Assembly: GCA_016934575.1 (NCBI GenBank)
Contig: JAFGSN010000121.1
Span: 37,309 to 101,308, forward strand
Source of the DNA: Vicinamibacteria bacterium
GTDB lineage: Bacteria > Acidobacteriota > Vicinamibacteria > Fen-336
Direction: 5' to 3'
DNA: 64,000 bases
Under the pieces are notes generated by a model, which was not told where the DNA came from, did no database searches, and saw only the letters and a program-made list of their open reading frames with translations. Below, in pieces: positions 46,403 to 56,525 of the stretch. A program made the translations under genes and the position numbers. Each line of letters begins with the position of its first letter. Position 1 is the stretch's first letter.

Positions 46403-49400
46403 AGTTTTCCGCCGTCCAGAACCGGCGCCAGCCAGCGCGACGCTTCCTCCCGCTTCCAGCCCTTGCGTTGAGCATAATCCTCGGCCTGATCGCGTCCAAT
46501 CATGTCGATCTGGAAATACCTGGATTCGGGATGCGAGAAGAAATATCCGCAGATCGAGCTGGCGGGGATCATGGCGTAGCTTTCGGTGAGTTGCATGCCG
46601 ACGGCGCGCTCGGCGTCGAGCAGATCGAAAACCGTGCGCTTCTCGGTGTGATCAGGGCAGGCCGGATATCCGGGGGCCGGCCGGATGCCTCGATAGCGCT
46701 CGCGGATGAGATCCTCGACGCCAAGCCGCTCGGCTTGTCCAAAGCCCCATTCTTGACGCGCGCAAGCGTGAGTCCTTTCGGCGAGCGCTTCGACCAACCG
46801 ATCGGCCAGAGCCTTGACCATGATCGCGCCGTAATCGTCCTGTTCGCTCGCGAACCTCGCCAGCAGATCCATGATTCCGATGCCGCTGGTGACGGCGAAC
46901 AGACCGAGATAGTCGGACCGAACGGCGTCTTTCGGCGCGATGAAATCCGCAAGCGCCGTATTGGGACGCGTCCCGTATCCATCGGACTGCTGCCTCAATG
47001 TGTGAATCACCGCCCGCACCCGAGCGCATGACTCGTCCTCGAAGATCTCGATGTCGTCTCCGGCGGACCGGGCCGGAAAAAAACCGAAGACGGATCGCGC
47101 CTCGATAAGCTTCTCATCGGCGATGCGTTCGAGCTGGCGGCGCGCGTCGTCGAAGAGCTCGCGCGCCCTCACGCCCCAGCGCGGATGTTCGAAAATTCGC
47201 GGGTAGGCGCCGGCGAGGTCCCATGCGGCGAAGAACGGCGACCAGTCGATGTACGGAACGATCTCGTCGATCGACACGGCGCGCGCGACGCGCGCGCCGA
47301 AAAAAGACGGTCGCGGCGGCTCATAGTGATCCCAATCGATCGGCGTTCGGCGCCGGCGCGCTTCCTCGATCGAGAGAAGCCGTCGCGCCGCCTGTCGCGC
47401 CTGATGCCGCCGCCTCAGCCGCGCTTGCTCCTCTTCGTGATCACGAATGAAGGCGTCACGCTGCGCGTCGCGCATGAGCGAACCGACGATCGCCGCCGCG
47501 CGTGAAGCGTCGAGCACATGAATGACGGGGTGGCTGTATTCAGGCGCGATACGGACCGCGGTATGGGCCTTGCTGGTCGTGGCGCCGCCGATGAGCAAGG
47601 GAATGTCGAACTCCTGCCGCTCCATCTCACGCGCGACGCGCGCCATCTCCTCGAGCGAGGGAGTGATCAGACCCGACAGGCCGATGAGATCAGCCCGGCG
47701 GTCGCGGGCGGTTCGCAGGATTTTCTCCGCGGGAACCATCACGCCAAGATCGATGACCTCGTAGTGATTGCAAGCCAGGACGACGCCGACAATGTCCTTG
47801 CCGATGTCGTGAACGTCGCCCTTGACGGTCGCCAGCACGATGCGCGCCGGAGCGGCGCGCCCTCCGTCTTGCCGTTCCTGTTCAAGGAAGGGCAAGAGAC
47901 GAGACACGGCCGCTTTCATAACGCGAGCGCTCTTGACGACCTGTGGCAGGAACATCTTGCCCGCGCCGAACAGCTCCCCCACTCTGTTCATTCCCGCCAT
48001 GAGCGGGCCCTCGATGACCGCCAAGGACGAGCCTAATTTGATTCGCGCTTCCTCGACGTCGTCTTCGACATGGGCCGTGATCCCGCGCATGAGAGCATGA
48101 TCGAGCCGTTCCTCGACGGAGCCCTGGCGCCAGGCCGCCTCTTGTTCCTCGGCTCTGGCCGCGCCCTTGACCGACTCGGCGTAGCGCACGAGCCGCTCGG
48201 TCGCGTCCGTCCTCCGATCGAGCAGCACGTCCTCGACTCGATCGAGCAAGTCCTTCGGGATCTCCTCGTATACGGCGAGCTGCCCCGCGTTGACAATGCC
48301 CATGTCGAGCCCGGCGCGTATGGCGTGATAAAGAAATGCCGCGTGCATCGCCTCGCGCACGACGTTGTTGCCGCGAAAAGCAAAGGAGACGTTGCTGATC
48401 CCGCCGCTCACCTTGGCGCGAGGAAACGCCGCCTTGAGCCTGCGTGTCGCCTCGAAAAACTCCAGGGCGTAACAATCATGCTCCTCGATGCCGGTGGCGA
48501 CGGTCAGCACGGCCGGATCGAAAATGACGTCCTCGGGCGAGTAGCCGACCTCATCGATGAGGATGCGATAGGCGCGGGCGCCGATATCGAACTTACGCGC
48601 GGCGGACGTCGCCTGTCCTTGCTCATCGAAAGCCATGACGACGACCGCGGCGCCGTAACGACGAACGAGACGCGCCCGCGCGCGGAAGAGCGCTTCTCCT
48701 TCCTTGAGATTGATCGAGTTGACGACGCCCTTGCCCTGCAGACAACGCAAGCCGGCCTCGATGACCGAGAAATCGGAGCTGTCGATCATCACCGGCACGT
48801 GGGCGACGTCGGGCTCGACCGCGATGAGATTGAGGAAACGCGTCATCGCCGCGGCGGAGTCGATCATCGCCTCATCCATGCACACATCGATGATCTGCGC
48901 GCCGGCCAGGACCTGCTCGCGCGCCACTCCCACCGCTTCTTCAAAGCGCTCCTCGCGAATCAAACGGGCGAACTTGGACGATCCCGACACGTTCGTGCGT
49001 TCGCCGATATTGATGAAATTCGACTCCGGGCGCAGCACCAGCGCGTCCCATCCCGACAGGCGCATGAGCGAATCGGCCGGGGGCGGAACCCTTGGAGCGC
49101 AGTCACGCACGGCCTCGGCGATGGCATGAATGTGCGCCGGCGTCGATCCGCAGCATCCTCCGACGATGTTGACCCATCCTTGGCGCGCGAACTCTCCGAT
49201 GACGCGTCCCATGTCGGAAGGCGTCGCGGGGAAACCGGTCGGCAACAGCGGATCGGGCAAGCCCGCGTTCGGATAGCAGTGCACGGGGATCGGCGCCCAG
49301 CGCGCCAGATCCTCGACGTAGGGGCGCATCTCCTCGGGTCCCAACGCACAGTTGATGCCCACGCTCAGAAGCGGAAAGTGCGCGATCGAGGTCCAGAAGG

Positions 49401-50097
49401 CTTCGAGCGTCTGACCCGTGAGCGTGCGTTCGCTTCCCGGCTGGGAGAAAGTCACCGAGGCGATCACGGGCAGGCGCCGGCGCTTTTCCTCGAACAACTC
49501 TTCCATCGCGAAAAGCGCCGCTTTGAGGTTCAAGGCGTCGAAGGTCGTCTCGGCGAGCAGCAGATCGACGCCGCCGTCCACGAGACCGCGTATCTGTTCG
49601 AAATAACTTCGACGAAGGTCCTCGAAAGTCACGTCGCGAGCCGCCGGATCCTGCATGTCACGCGACATCGATGCCGATCTCGGCGTCGGACCGAGGACGC
49701 CCGCCACAAAGCGGGGGCGCGAAGGATCCCGGCCCATGACTCTTCCCACGGCTTCACGCGCCACGCGAGCGGCGGCCACGTTCATTTCATGAATCCAGGG
49801 ATCGAGACGATACTCGGCCTGCGAGAGAACGCTCCCGTTGAAGGTGTTTGTTTGAAGGATATCCGCGCCGGCCTCCAGGAATCGCTCACTGATGGTCCGG
49901 ACAACGTCGGGCCGTACGAGATTCAGCGCCTCGTTATCGCCCTTAAGATCTACAGGATGTGTTTTGTAACGCTCACCACGGAAGTCGTCCTCGCTCAGAT
50001 TCAAGAGCTGGATGTTCGTGCCGAATGGCCCGGCGATGACCAAAATTCGGTCCTTGAGGATCGCCTGAAGCTTTGAAAATGCGTCGTTCAACGTCAC
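46399..50097 (-). CDS. metH: cobalamin-dependent methionine synthase
   Basis: Hcy-binding, pterin-binding, B12-cap/B12-binding and AdoMet reactivation domains all align end-to-end with MetH (DRILVIAGPFGTNIQ ... GADILQTNTF ...). A GTG start at 50097 gives 1232 aa and E. coli-like N-terminal spacing. Alternatives are TTG 50091 and ATG 50175. The track ORF extends to 50214. Confidence 0.85.
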   Translation of the reverse strand: MTLNDAFSKLQAILKDRILVIAGPFGTNIQLLNLSEDDFRGERYKTHPVDLKGDNEALNLVRPDVVRTISERFLEAGADILQTNTFNGSVLSQAEYRLDPWIHEMNVAAARVAREAVGRVMGRDPSRPRFVAGVLGPTPRSASMSRDMQDPAARDVTFEDLRRSYFEQIRGLVDGGVDLLLAETTFDALNLKAALFAMEELFEEKRRRLPVIASVTFSQPGSERTLTGQTLEAFWTSIAHFPLLSVGINCALGPEEMRPYVEDLARWAPIPVHCYPNAGLPDPLLPTGFPATPSDMGRVIGEFARQGWVNIVGGCCGSTPAHIHAIAEAVRDCAPRVPPPADSLMRLSGWDALVLRPESNFINIGERTNVSGSSKFARLIREERFEEAVGVAREQVLAGAQIIDVCMDEAMIDSAAAMTRFLNLIAVEPDVAHVPVMIDSSDFSVIEAGLRCLQGKGVVNSINLKEGEALFRARARLVRRYGAAVVVMAFDEQGQATSAARKFDIGARAYRILIDEVGYSPEDVIFDPAVLTVATGIEEHDCYALEFFEATRRLKAAFPRAKVSGGISNVSFAFRGNNVVREAMHAAFLYHAIRAGLDMGIVNAGQLAVYEEIPKDLLDRVEDVLLDRRTDATERLVRYAESVKGAARAEEQEAAWRQGSVEERLDHALMRGITAHVEDDVEEARIKLGSSLAVIEGPLMAGMNRVGELFGAGKMFLPQVVKSARVMKAAVSRLLPFLEQERQDGGRAAPARIVLATVKGDVHDIGKDIVGVVLACNHYEVIDLGVMVPAEKILRTARDRRADLIGLSGLITPSLEEMARVAREMERQEFDIPLLIGGATTSKAHTAVRIAPEYSHPVIHVLDASRAAAIVGSLMRDAQRDAFIRDHEEEQARLRRRHQARQAARRLLSIEEARRRRTPIDWDHYEPPRPSFFGARVARAVSIDEIVPYIDWSPFFAAWDLAGAYPRIFEHPRWGVRARELFDDARRQLERIADEKLIEARSVFGFFPARSAGDDIEIFEDESCARVRAVIHTLRQQSDGYGTRPNTALADFIAPKDAVRSDYLGLFAVTSGIGIMDLLARFASEQDDYGAIMVKALADRLVEALAERTHACARQEWGFGQAERLGVEDLIRERYRGIRPAPGYPACPDHTEKRTVFDLLDAERAVGMQLTESYAMIPASSICGYFFSHPESRYFQIDMIGRDQAEDYAQRKGWKREEASRWLAPVLDGGKL

Positions 50098-50175
50098 CTT
50101 CCCCAACGCGGCCTGCCGGCCGCAACCGCGCTGATGTAATTCGTGGCCAGTTCCCCCAAAGGCCGCGCTGGCCAT

Positions 50176-50470
50176 GCATGCTGACTCGACCGGAACATTC
50201 GCGCGACAGCGCAAATGTCACCGGGCCATACTATCTCATTGAATGCAACGCCCACTCGACCGCCGGCGGCGCGCGATCGCGGTCCTGAGAAAAGCAAAGA
50301 ACGTCAGATCTCCTCGCCTCCAAGGAAGAGTGTCCCAAAATGTTGTCGAAGGCACACGAATCCGTCGCCTCCTTCGGTGTGATCCATCGCAGCCAGTCCA
50401 CCGCAACTCATTGAATTAATAGTGGTTCGCTATATATGTCACGAGTACAAATTGCTGGCATCCCATTTGC
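50176..50470 (-). promoter_or_regulatory. metH 5' leader: candidate sigma-70-like promoter plus a structured leader (possible riboswitch or attenuator)
   Basis: On the minus strand, GTGACA-N17-TTAATT maps to + coordinates 50404-50432. Downstream a 6-bp stem CGAAGG/CCTTCG encloses an 18-nt purine-rich loop (+ coordinates 50347-50376). The leader is AT-richer and ~220-300 nt long with no convincing ORF. Confidence 0.25.
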
Positions 50471-50754
50471 TCTCTATTTGGGCGTGACTGGACCGGATGA
50501 GGTTGAACATGACCCGGATCGAGATTCTCATCGCCCGCCAACTCTCATCGAGCTATGGCCCCCCTCTGACCTGGATCGAGCGCATCGAGCTCGCTCGCTC
50601 GCGTGAGATCGAGCCTCCCGCCCCCCAGCGTAACTCCAGTTCGAATGTGTCGCCGGTCCAGTCCGCATTATCGACGCCATTGTCCAATCACCGGGACCGG
50701 TCTGCTTCGCGAATTTCCTAGAAAACTCCTGGATAGCCGAATTATCATTGGACC

Positions 50755-51156
50755 ATGGCACGCCTCGGCGCCCTGATTCTCTCCGCCACCCTGTCCGGTA
50801 TCCCTCGTCTTTTCCAGCGCGCCGTCTTGAGCCTCCGAACCCGCCTGCCCTACGTCGCGGTGACGTCCGGTGATCCAGCGCTTCACGACTTCACGATGGA
50901 GCTGGCAAAGGCGATTGATCGTCACATTCATGCACTGGCGGAACAAAGATGGGACGACACGCTCATCGTGGAAGTGCATCGTCTAAGCCAAGTCGAAGCC
51001 CTGGATGGAACGTCTCCTTCCGAGGCTGTCAGCGTGACTCTTCGCGCTCATGATCGTATCCGGCCTCTGATTCTTCATTACCCATCCAACATGCGACACA
51101 ACGCCATAGAGGCGCTCATGCGCCGGCTGTCAGCTCAATCTCCGAAACCGAACTGA
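50755..51156 (+). CDS. hypothetical protein (133 aa), an orphan plus-strand ORF in a lower-GC spacer
   Basis: A plausible ORF with moderate GC3 and no recognisable motif. It sits between two minus-strand genes and may be non-coding. Confidence 0.3.
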   Translation: MARLGALILSATLSGIPRLFQRAVLSLRTRLPYVAVTSGDPALHDFTMELAKAIDRHIHALAEQRWDDTLIVEVHRLSQVEALDGTSPSEAVSVTLRAHDRIRPLILHYPSNMRHNAIEALMRRLSAQSPKPN

Positions 51157-51219
51157 TCGACTCGCTCTCCACGGTCTCGATGACGTCGGTCCAACCTGGC
51201 AACGATCGTGCGGAGCGGA

Positions 51220-52521
51220 TCACCTTTCGAGCAGTTCGTCGAACGCGGCGATCGTACGATCGCAGGCGCCGCGGTTGCGTTCGATGATCGTTCGGGCGCG
51301 CTCTCCAATCGCATGGCGTCGATCCTCGTCGGAGAGAAGATCGACGACGACGCGCGCGAGATCGGCTCCTGATCTCACCTGCACGATCGCTCCGTCCGCG
51401 CGGAACTCGTCGGCCATCTCCTGAAAATTCTCCATGTAAGGGCCGATGACGACGGCTTTCCCGGCCACGGCCGGCTCGAGTATATTGTGACCGCCGCGCG
51501 CGACAAGGCTGCCGCCGACGAAGACCAGATCGGCGAGCGGATAGACAGCGGCCAGTTCGCCGATCGTGTCGAGCAGCATGACGTCGCCGCTCGTCCACTC
51601 GCCGCTCGACAGGCGAGTGCGACGAACACACTCGAAGCCCGACGCGGCGACAAGCGCGAAAACCTCGTCGAATCGCTCGGGATGACGCGGCGCCACCAGC
51701 AAACGCGCGGCGGGAGAAGACGAGCGCAAAAGGCGAAAGGCCGCCAGGACTTCTTTCTCCTCTCCCTCCACCGTGCTTCCCGCGACCCACAGCGGCTTCC
51801 GCGCGCCGACGATGCGCCTCATCTCCGGACTCGGCGCGCCGTCGCCCAGGCAGTCATATTTGATGTTCCCGGGAACGCGCACACGTTCCGCAGGTGCGCC
51901 AAGCTCCACGGCGCGGCGAGCGTTGATCTCGCTCTGCATAAGCATGAGGTCGATTTCCGCCAATACCGGAGCCAGCAGCCGGCGGATGCGACGGTAACGC
52001 GGGAAGGAGCGCGGCGAGATTCGTCCGTTGACGATCGCGATTCGCGCGCCCTTGACGTGCGCCATGTGTATAAGATTCGGCCACAGCTCGGTCTCGGTAA
52101 GAACGAGCAACTCGGGATTCACCGTATCGAGCACATGACGGACGGACGACGAGAAATCGAAGGGCGCGTAGAAAATCGAGTCCACGTCGTGCGCCACGCT
52201 CTTCCTTGCGATAGCCTGGCCGGTATGAGTCGTCGTCGACAGGATCAGGCGGCGATCGAGAAATCGCGCGCGGAGGCGCGCGAGCAAAGGACGCACGGCA
52301 AGCACCTCGCCCACGGAAACGGCGTGTATCCAGATCGATCGCCGGCGCTCAGGATTGAGCTCGGCCGGCATGCGGCCCAATCGTTCGCGAAATGAAGAAA
52401 AGTACTTGCCCGTGACGCAGCCCTTGTAGAGGAAGTAGGGCAAGGCCAGCGCGAACATCAAGAGCAGCCCCAGGTTGTAGAGCTTATAGGGAAAAAACTG
52501 TTCGTGACGTTTCGTCGTCAT
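51220..52521 (-). CDS. waaA: 3-deoxy-D-manno-octulosonic acid (Kdo) transferase
   Basis: 433 aa with an N-terminal membrane anchor. GT30 features are IWIHAVSVGEV and the C-terminal LLDTIGELAAVYPLADLVFVGGSL...GGHNILEPA. Confidence 0.8.
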   Translation of the reverse strand: MTTKRHEQFFPYKLYNLGLLLMFALALPYFLYKGCVTGKYFSSFRERLGRMPAELNPERRRSIWIHAVSVGEVLAVRPLLARLRARFLDRRLILSTTTHTGQAIARKSVAHDVDSIFYAPFDFSSSVRHVLDTVNPELLVLTETELWPNLIHMAHVKGARIAIVNGRISPRSFPRYRRIRRLLAPVLAEIDLMLMQSEINARRAVELGAPAERVRVPGNIKYDCLGDGAPSPEMRRIVGARKPLWVAGSTVEGEEKEVLAAFRLLRSSSPAARLLVAPRHPERFDEVFALVAASGFECVRRTRLSSGEWTSGDVMLLDTIGELAAVYPLADLVFVGGSLVARGGHNILEPAVAGKAVVIGPYMENFQEMADEFRADGAIVQVRSGADLARVVVDLLSDEDRRHAIGERARTIIERNRGACDRTIAAFDELLER

Positions 52522-52658
52522 GAGGTCGGGTGCAGTATACGACCTGTCGGCGATCCCGTCATTAGCTCATCCACGAACGCGCGTTTTCTAAACGACGCTC
52601 GCCTCGATCCACAGTTCGCGCGTCCTTGATCCTTGCGCGCGCCGATTCCGTCGGATAA

Positions 52659-53798
<1,140 letters not shown>

Positions 53799-53815
53799 AC
53801 GGCGCCCAAAAGCAA

Positions 53816-53839
53816 GGGCGGCCGGCTTCGGCCGCCCTT
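53816..53839 (+). terminator. GC-rich hairpin between gap and pgk (possible partial terminator or attenuator)
   Basis: A 9-bp perfect stem GGGCGGCCG / CGGCCGCCC with loop GCTT, followed only by TT. Confidence 0.3.
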
Positions 53840-53871
53840 CATCGCATATCTCGGCATATCGGAGGACGACC

Positions 53872-55107
53872 ATGACCAAGCTTTTCATTGAAGATCTCGA
53901 TCTCAAAGGCAAGCGTGTCGCCATGCGAGTCGACTTCAATGTTCCGGTCAAGGACGGCAAGGTGGAAAACGACAAGCGCCTGCGCGCTTCGCTGCCGAGC
54001 ATTCGTTATGTGCTCGATCACGGCGCGAGTCTGGTGCTCATGAGTCACCTGGGCCGCCCGGACGGCAAGCGCGTCGAGAAGCATAGTCTGCGTCCTGTGG
54101 CGACCCGGCTGGCGGATCTGCTCGATCGGCCAGTCCGGTTCCTCGACGACTGCGTTGGCCCCGAGGTCGAGAAAGCCTGCGCCGCGCTTAAGCCCGGCGA
54201 GTTGATCCTGCTCGAGAACCTGCGCTTCCACATCGAGGAGGAAGGCTCGGCCAAGCAGGCAGACGGCGCCAAGATCAAGGCGAACGCCGACGCAGTGAAG
54301 ACGTTCCGGGCGTCGCTCTCGAAGCTCGGAGACATCTACGTCAACGACGCCTTCGGGACCGCGCATCGAGCGCACAGCTCGATAGTCGGCGTCGAGTTGC
54401 GACAGCGCGCCGCCGGCTACCTGATGCAGAAGGAGCTGGATTTTCTAGGCGACGCGGTCGACAACCCCAAACGGCCTTTCGTGGCGATCATCGGCGGCGC
54501 CAAGATCTCCGGCAAGATCGACGTCATCGAATCGCTGATACCTAAGGTGGACAAACTCATCATCGGTGGCGGCATGGCGTTCACGTTCTTCAAGGCTCAA
54601 GGCCTGGAGATTGGCGGATCGCTGCTCGAAACCGACCGGATTGAAATGGCCAGGAGCCTGATCGCGAAGGCCGGCGCCAAGCTCGTCTTGCCCGCCGATA
54701 TCGTCGTCACCGACCTCTTCGACTTCAACGCCCGCAAGGTTGGTTCCCTGAGAACGATCGCCGCGAACGCGATCGGCTCCAAGGATATCGGCGTGGATAT
54801 CGGCGAAAGGACGCGAACCCTCTTCACCGAAATCATCAAGGAAGCCAAGACGATTGTATGGAACGGCCCCATGGGCGTTTTCGAGATCGATGCGACGGCC
54901 GCGGGCACGCTGAACGTAGCTGAAGCGCTCGCTCGCGCGACCGATGCGGGAGCGATCACCGTCGTGGGCGGCGGAGACTCGGTGGCGGCTATCGAGAAAT
55001 GCAACCTGGCCGATCGGGTCACTCACGTCTCCACCGGCGGTGGGGCTTCGCTGGAGTTCCTCGAAGGCAAGCCGTTGCCTGGCGTGACGCATCTCAGCGA
55101 AAAGTAA
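53872..55107 (+). CDS. pgk: phosphoglycerate kinase
   Basis: The ATG at 53872 has GGAGGA 5 nt upstream. The N-terminus MTKLFIEDLDLKGKRVAMRVDFNVP matches PGK, as do hinge/C-terminal motifs (GGGASLE). The track ORF is over-extended from 53593. Confidence 0.9.
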   Translation: MTKLFIEDLDLKGKRVAMRVDFNVPVKDGKVENDKRLRASLPSIRYVLDHGASLVLMSHLGRPDGKRVEKHSLRPVATRLADLLDRPVRFLDDCVGPEVEKACAALKPGELILLENLRFHIEEEGSAKQADGAKIKANADAVKTFRASLSKLGDIYVNDAFGTAHRAHSSIVGVELRQRAAGYLMQKELDFLGDAVDNPKRPFVAIIGGAKISGKIDVIESLIPKVDKLIIGGGMAFTFFKAQGLEIGGSLLETDRIEMARSLIAKAGAKLVLPADIVVTDLFDFNARKVGSLRTIAANAIGSKDIGVDIGERTRTLFTEIIKEAKTIVWNGPMGVFEIDATAAGTLNVAEALARATDAGAITVVGGGDSVAAIEKCNLADRVTHVSTGGGASLEFLEGKPLPGVTHLSEK

Positions 55108-55200
55108 AGGCACGGCGTGCCGTGCAATGGACATTCTCATGCGATCGACAGCCATTCCTTACTCCTTGAAAGGGAGAGAAACCAGAAAGAGGTCAACATC

Positions 55201-55956
55201 ATGCGTCGTGCATTGATCGCCGGTAACTGGAAGATGTACAAAACAACGAGCGAAGCCGTAGCGCTCGCGAGCGAGATCAAGAAGGGCGCGGCGGGAGCGC
55301 CAAGCGACGTTCTGATCGCGCCGCCCTTTACCGCGTTGGCGCCCGTGGTTTCGGTTCTCGAAGGCACGTCGATCGCCGTGGCAGCGCAAAACATGCACTT
55401 CGAGAAAGAAGGCGCCTTTACCGGTGAAGTCTCTGCGCCGATGCTCAAGGATCTGAAGGTCGCCAACGTCATCCTTGGCCATTCCGAGCGACGGCAGTAT
55501 TTCGCGGAAACCGACGAAGGCGTCGCCAGGAAGACGAAGGCCGCGCTCGACAACGAAATCATGCCGATATCATGTGTCGGAGAAACGCTCGCCGAGCGCG
55601 AATCCGGCAAAACCATGGACGTCATCGGCCGTCAGGTGAATACAATCCTCAAGGCGCTCACCATCGCCGAATCGACCAGGATCGTCATCGCCTATGAGCC
55701 GGTCTGGGCCATCGGCACCGGGAAGGTGGCCACCCCCGAGCAAGCGCAGGAAGTGCATGCATTCATCCGTCAATGCATCGCCAAGTTCCATGGCGCCCAA
55801 GTTGCCGATGCTCTTCGAATTCTCTACGGAGGATCCGTTAAGCCCGACAACGTCAAAGGACTCATGAGTCAAACGGATATCGACGGCGCGCTTGTCGGCG
55901 GCGCATCGCTCAAGGCTGATTCATTTCTCAATCTCGTCCATTACGACAAGCAGTAG
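55201..55956 (+). CDS. tpiA: triosephosphate isomerase
   Basis: N-terminus MRRALIAGNWKM and active-site motifs (HSERR, AYEPVWAIGTG). The start is ATG 55201. The track ORF is over-extended from 55117. Confidence 0.9.
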   Translation: MRRALIAGNWKMYKTTSEAVALASEIKKGAAGAPSDVLIAPPFTALAPVVSVLEGTSIAVAAQNMHFEKEGAFTGEVSAPMLKDLKVANVILGHSERRQYFAETDEGVARKTKAALDNEIMPISCVGETLAERESGKTMDVIGRQVNTILKALTIAESTRIVIAYEPVWAIGTGKVATPEQAQEVHAFIRQCIAKFHGAQVADALRILYGGSVKPDNVKGLMSQTDIDGALVGGASLKADSFLNLVHYDKQ

Positions 55957-55979
55957 AAAGGTCGACGGACGCTCTGAAC

Positions 55980-56402
55980 TCATTCCGGCTCTCCCTGCTG
56001 GAGCCATCGGCGAAGCTTGATCAACGCGGAGAGCGCCCCATCCTGCTGAATCGCCTGAAGCTCGCCGCCGTCGAGCCAGACTCCCTTGCAGACAGGACAT
56101 AGATCCATGACGACACGCCGGTCTTCATGGCTTTCGACCTTCTCCATGACGGGTCCGTCAGGGCATTGGGGGCACTTCAGCGCCTTGCTCTGCGCATCGT
56201 GTCTCGGTATCCGTCGGATTTCCAGGATGACAAGCTCAGTCACGTTATCGAAGTGCGAGAGCTCGCCCTCATCGAACCATATTCCTTGACATGCCGGGCA
56301 CTCGTCGATCCAAACGCTGTATCGCACTCCTTCCCGATCGAGCGTTTCAAGCGACGTTCCCCGCATGCGTCGCGCGCATCGAGGACATTCAAGGATCGGC
56401 AT
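55980..56402 (-). CDS. tandem zinc-ribbon domain protein (two CPxC...CPxCxGxWxDxGEL modules, TFIIB-type zinc ribbon-like)
   Basis: Two repeats: CPRCARRM...CPACQGIWFDEGEL and CPQCPDGPVM...CPVCKGVWLDGGELQ. The likely start is ATG 56402. Confidence 0.55.
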   Translation of the reverse strand: MPILECPRCARRMRGTSLETLDREGVRYSVWIDECPACQGIWFDEGELSHFDNVTELVILEIRRIPRHDAQSKALKCPQCPDGPVMEKVESHEDRRVVMDLCPVCKGVWLDGGELQAIQQDGALSALIKLRRWLQQGEPE

Positions 56403-56525
56403 CCGACCGAGCTGCGCCACTGTTGAATGATACATGACAGCGAGCGGTGTAAGATTGAGGAAGACCCTTGTCGGATAAGATGATATCGTTACGACGGTCA
56501 AATACACGGCGAGGCGCTCGATCCC

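Noticed and set aside
50340-50380. SAH-riboswitch-like hairpin in the metH leader
   Set aside because: It is not rejected outright. The resemblance rests on memory of the consensus only, and the downstream pseudoknot partner (GGCGCUC) was not found. I report it as speculative rather than as a feature call.
48070-52395. Plus-strand ORFs 48070..50076 (668 aa) and 51487..52395 (302 aa)
   Set aside because: They are antisense to metH and waaA respectively.
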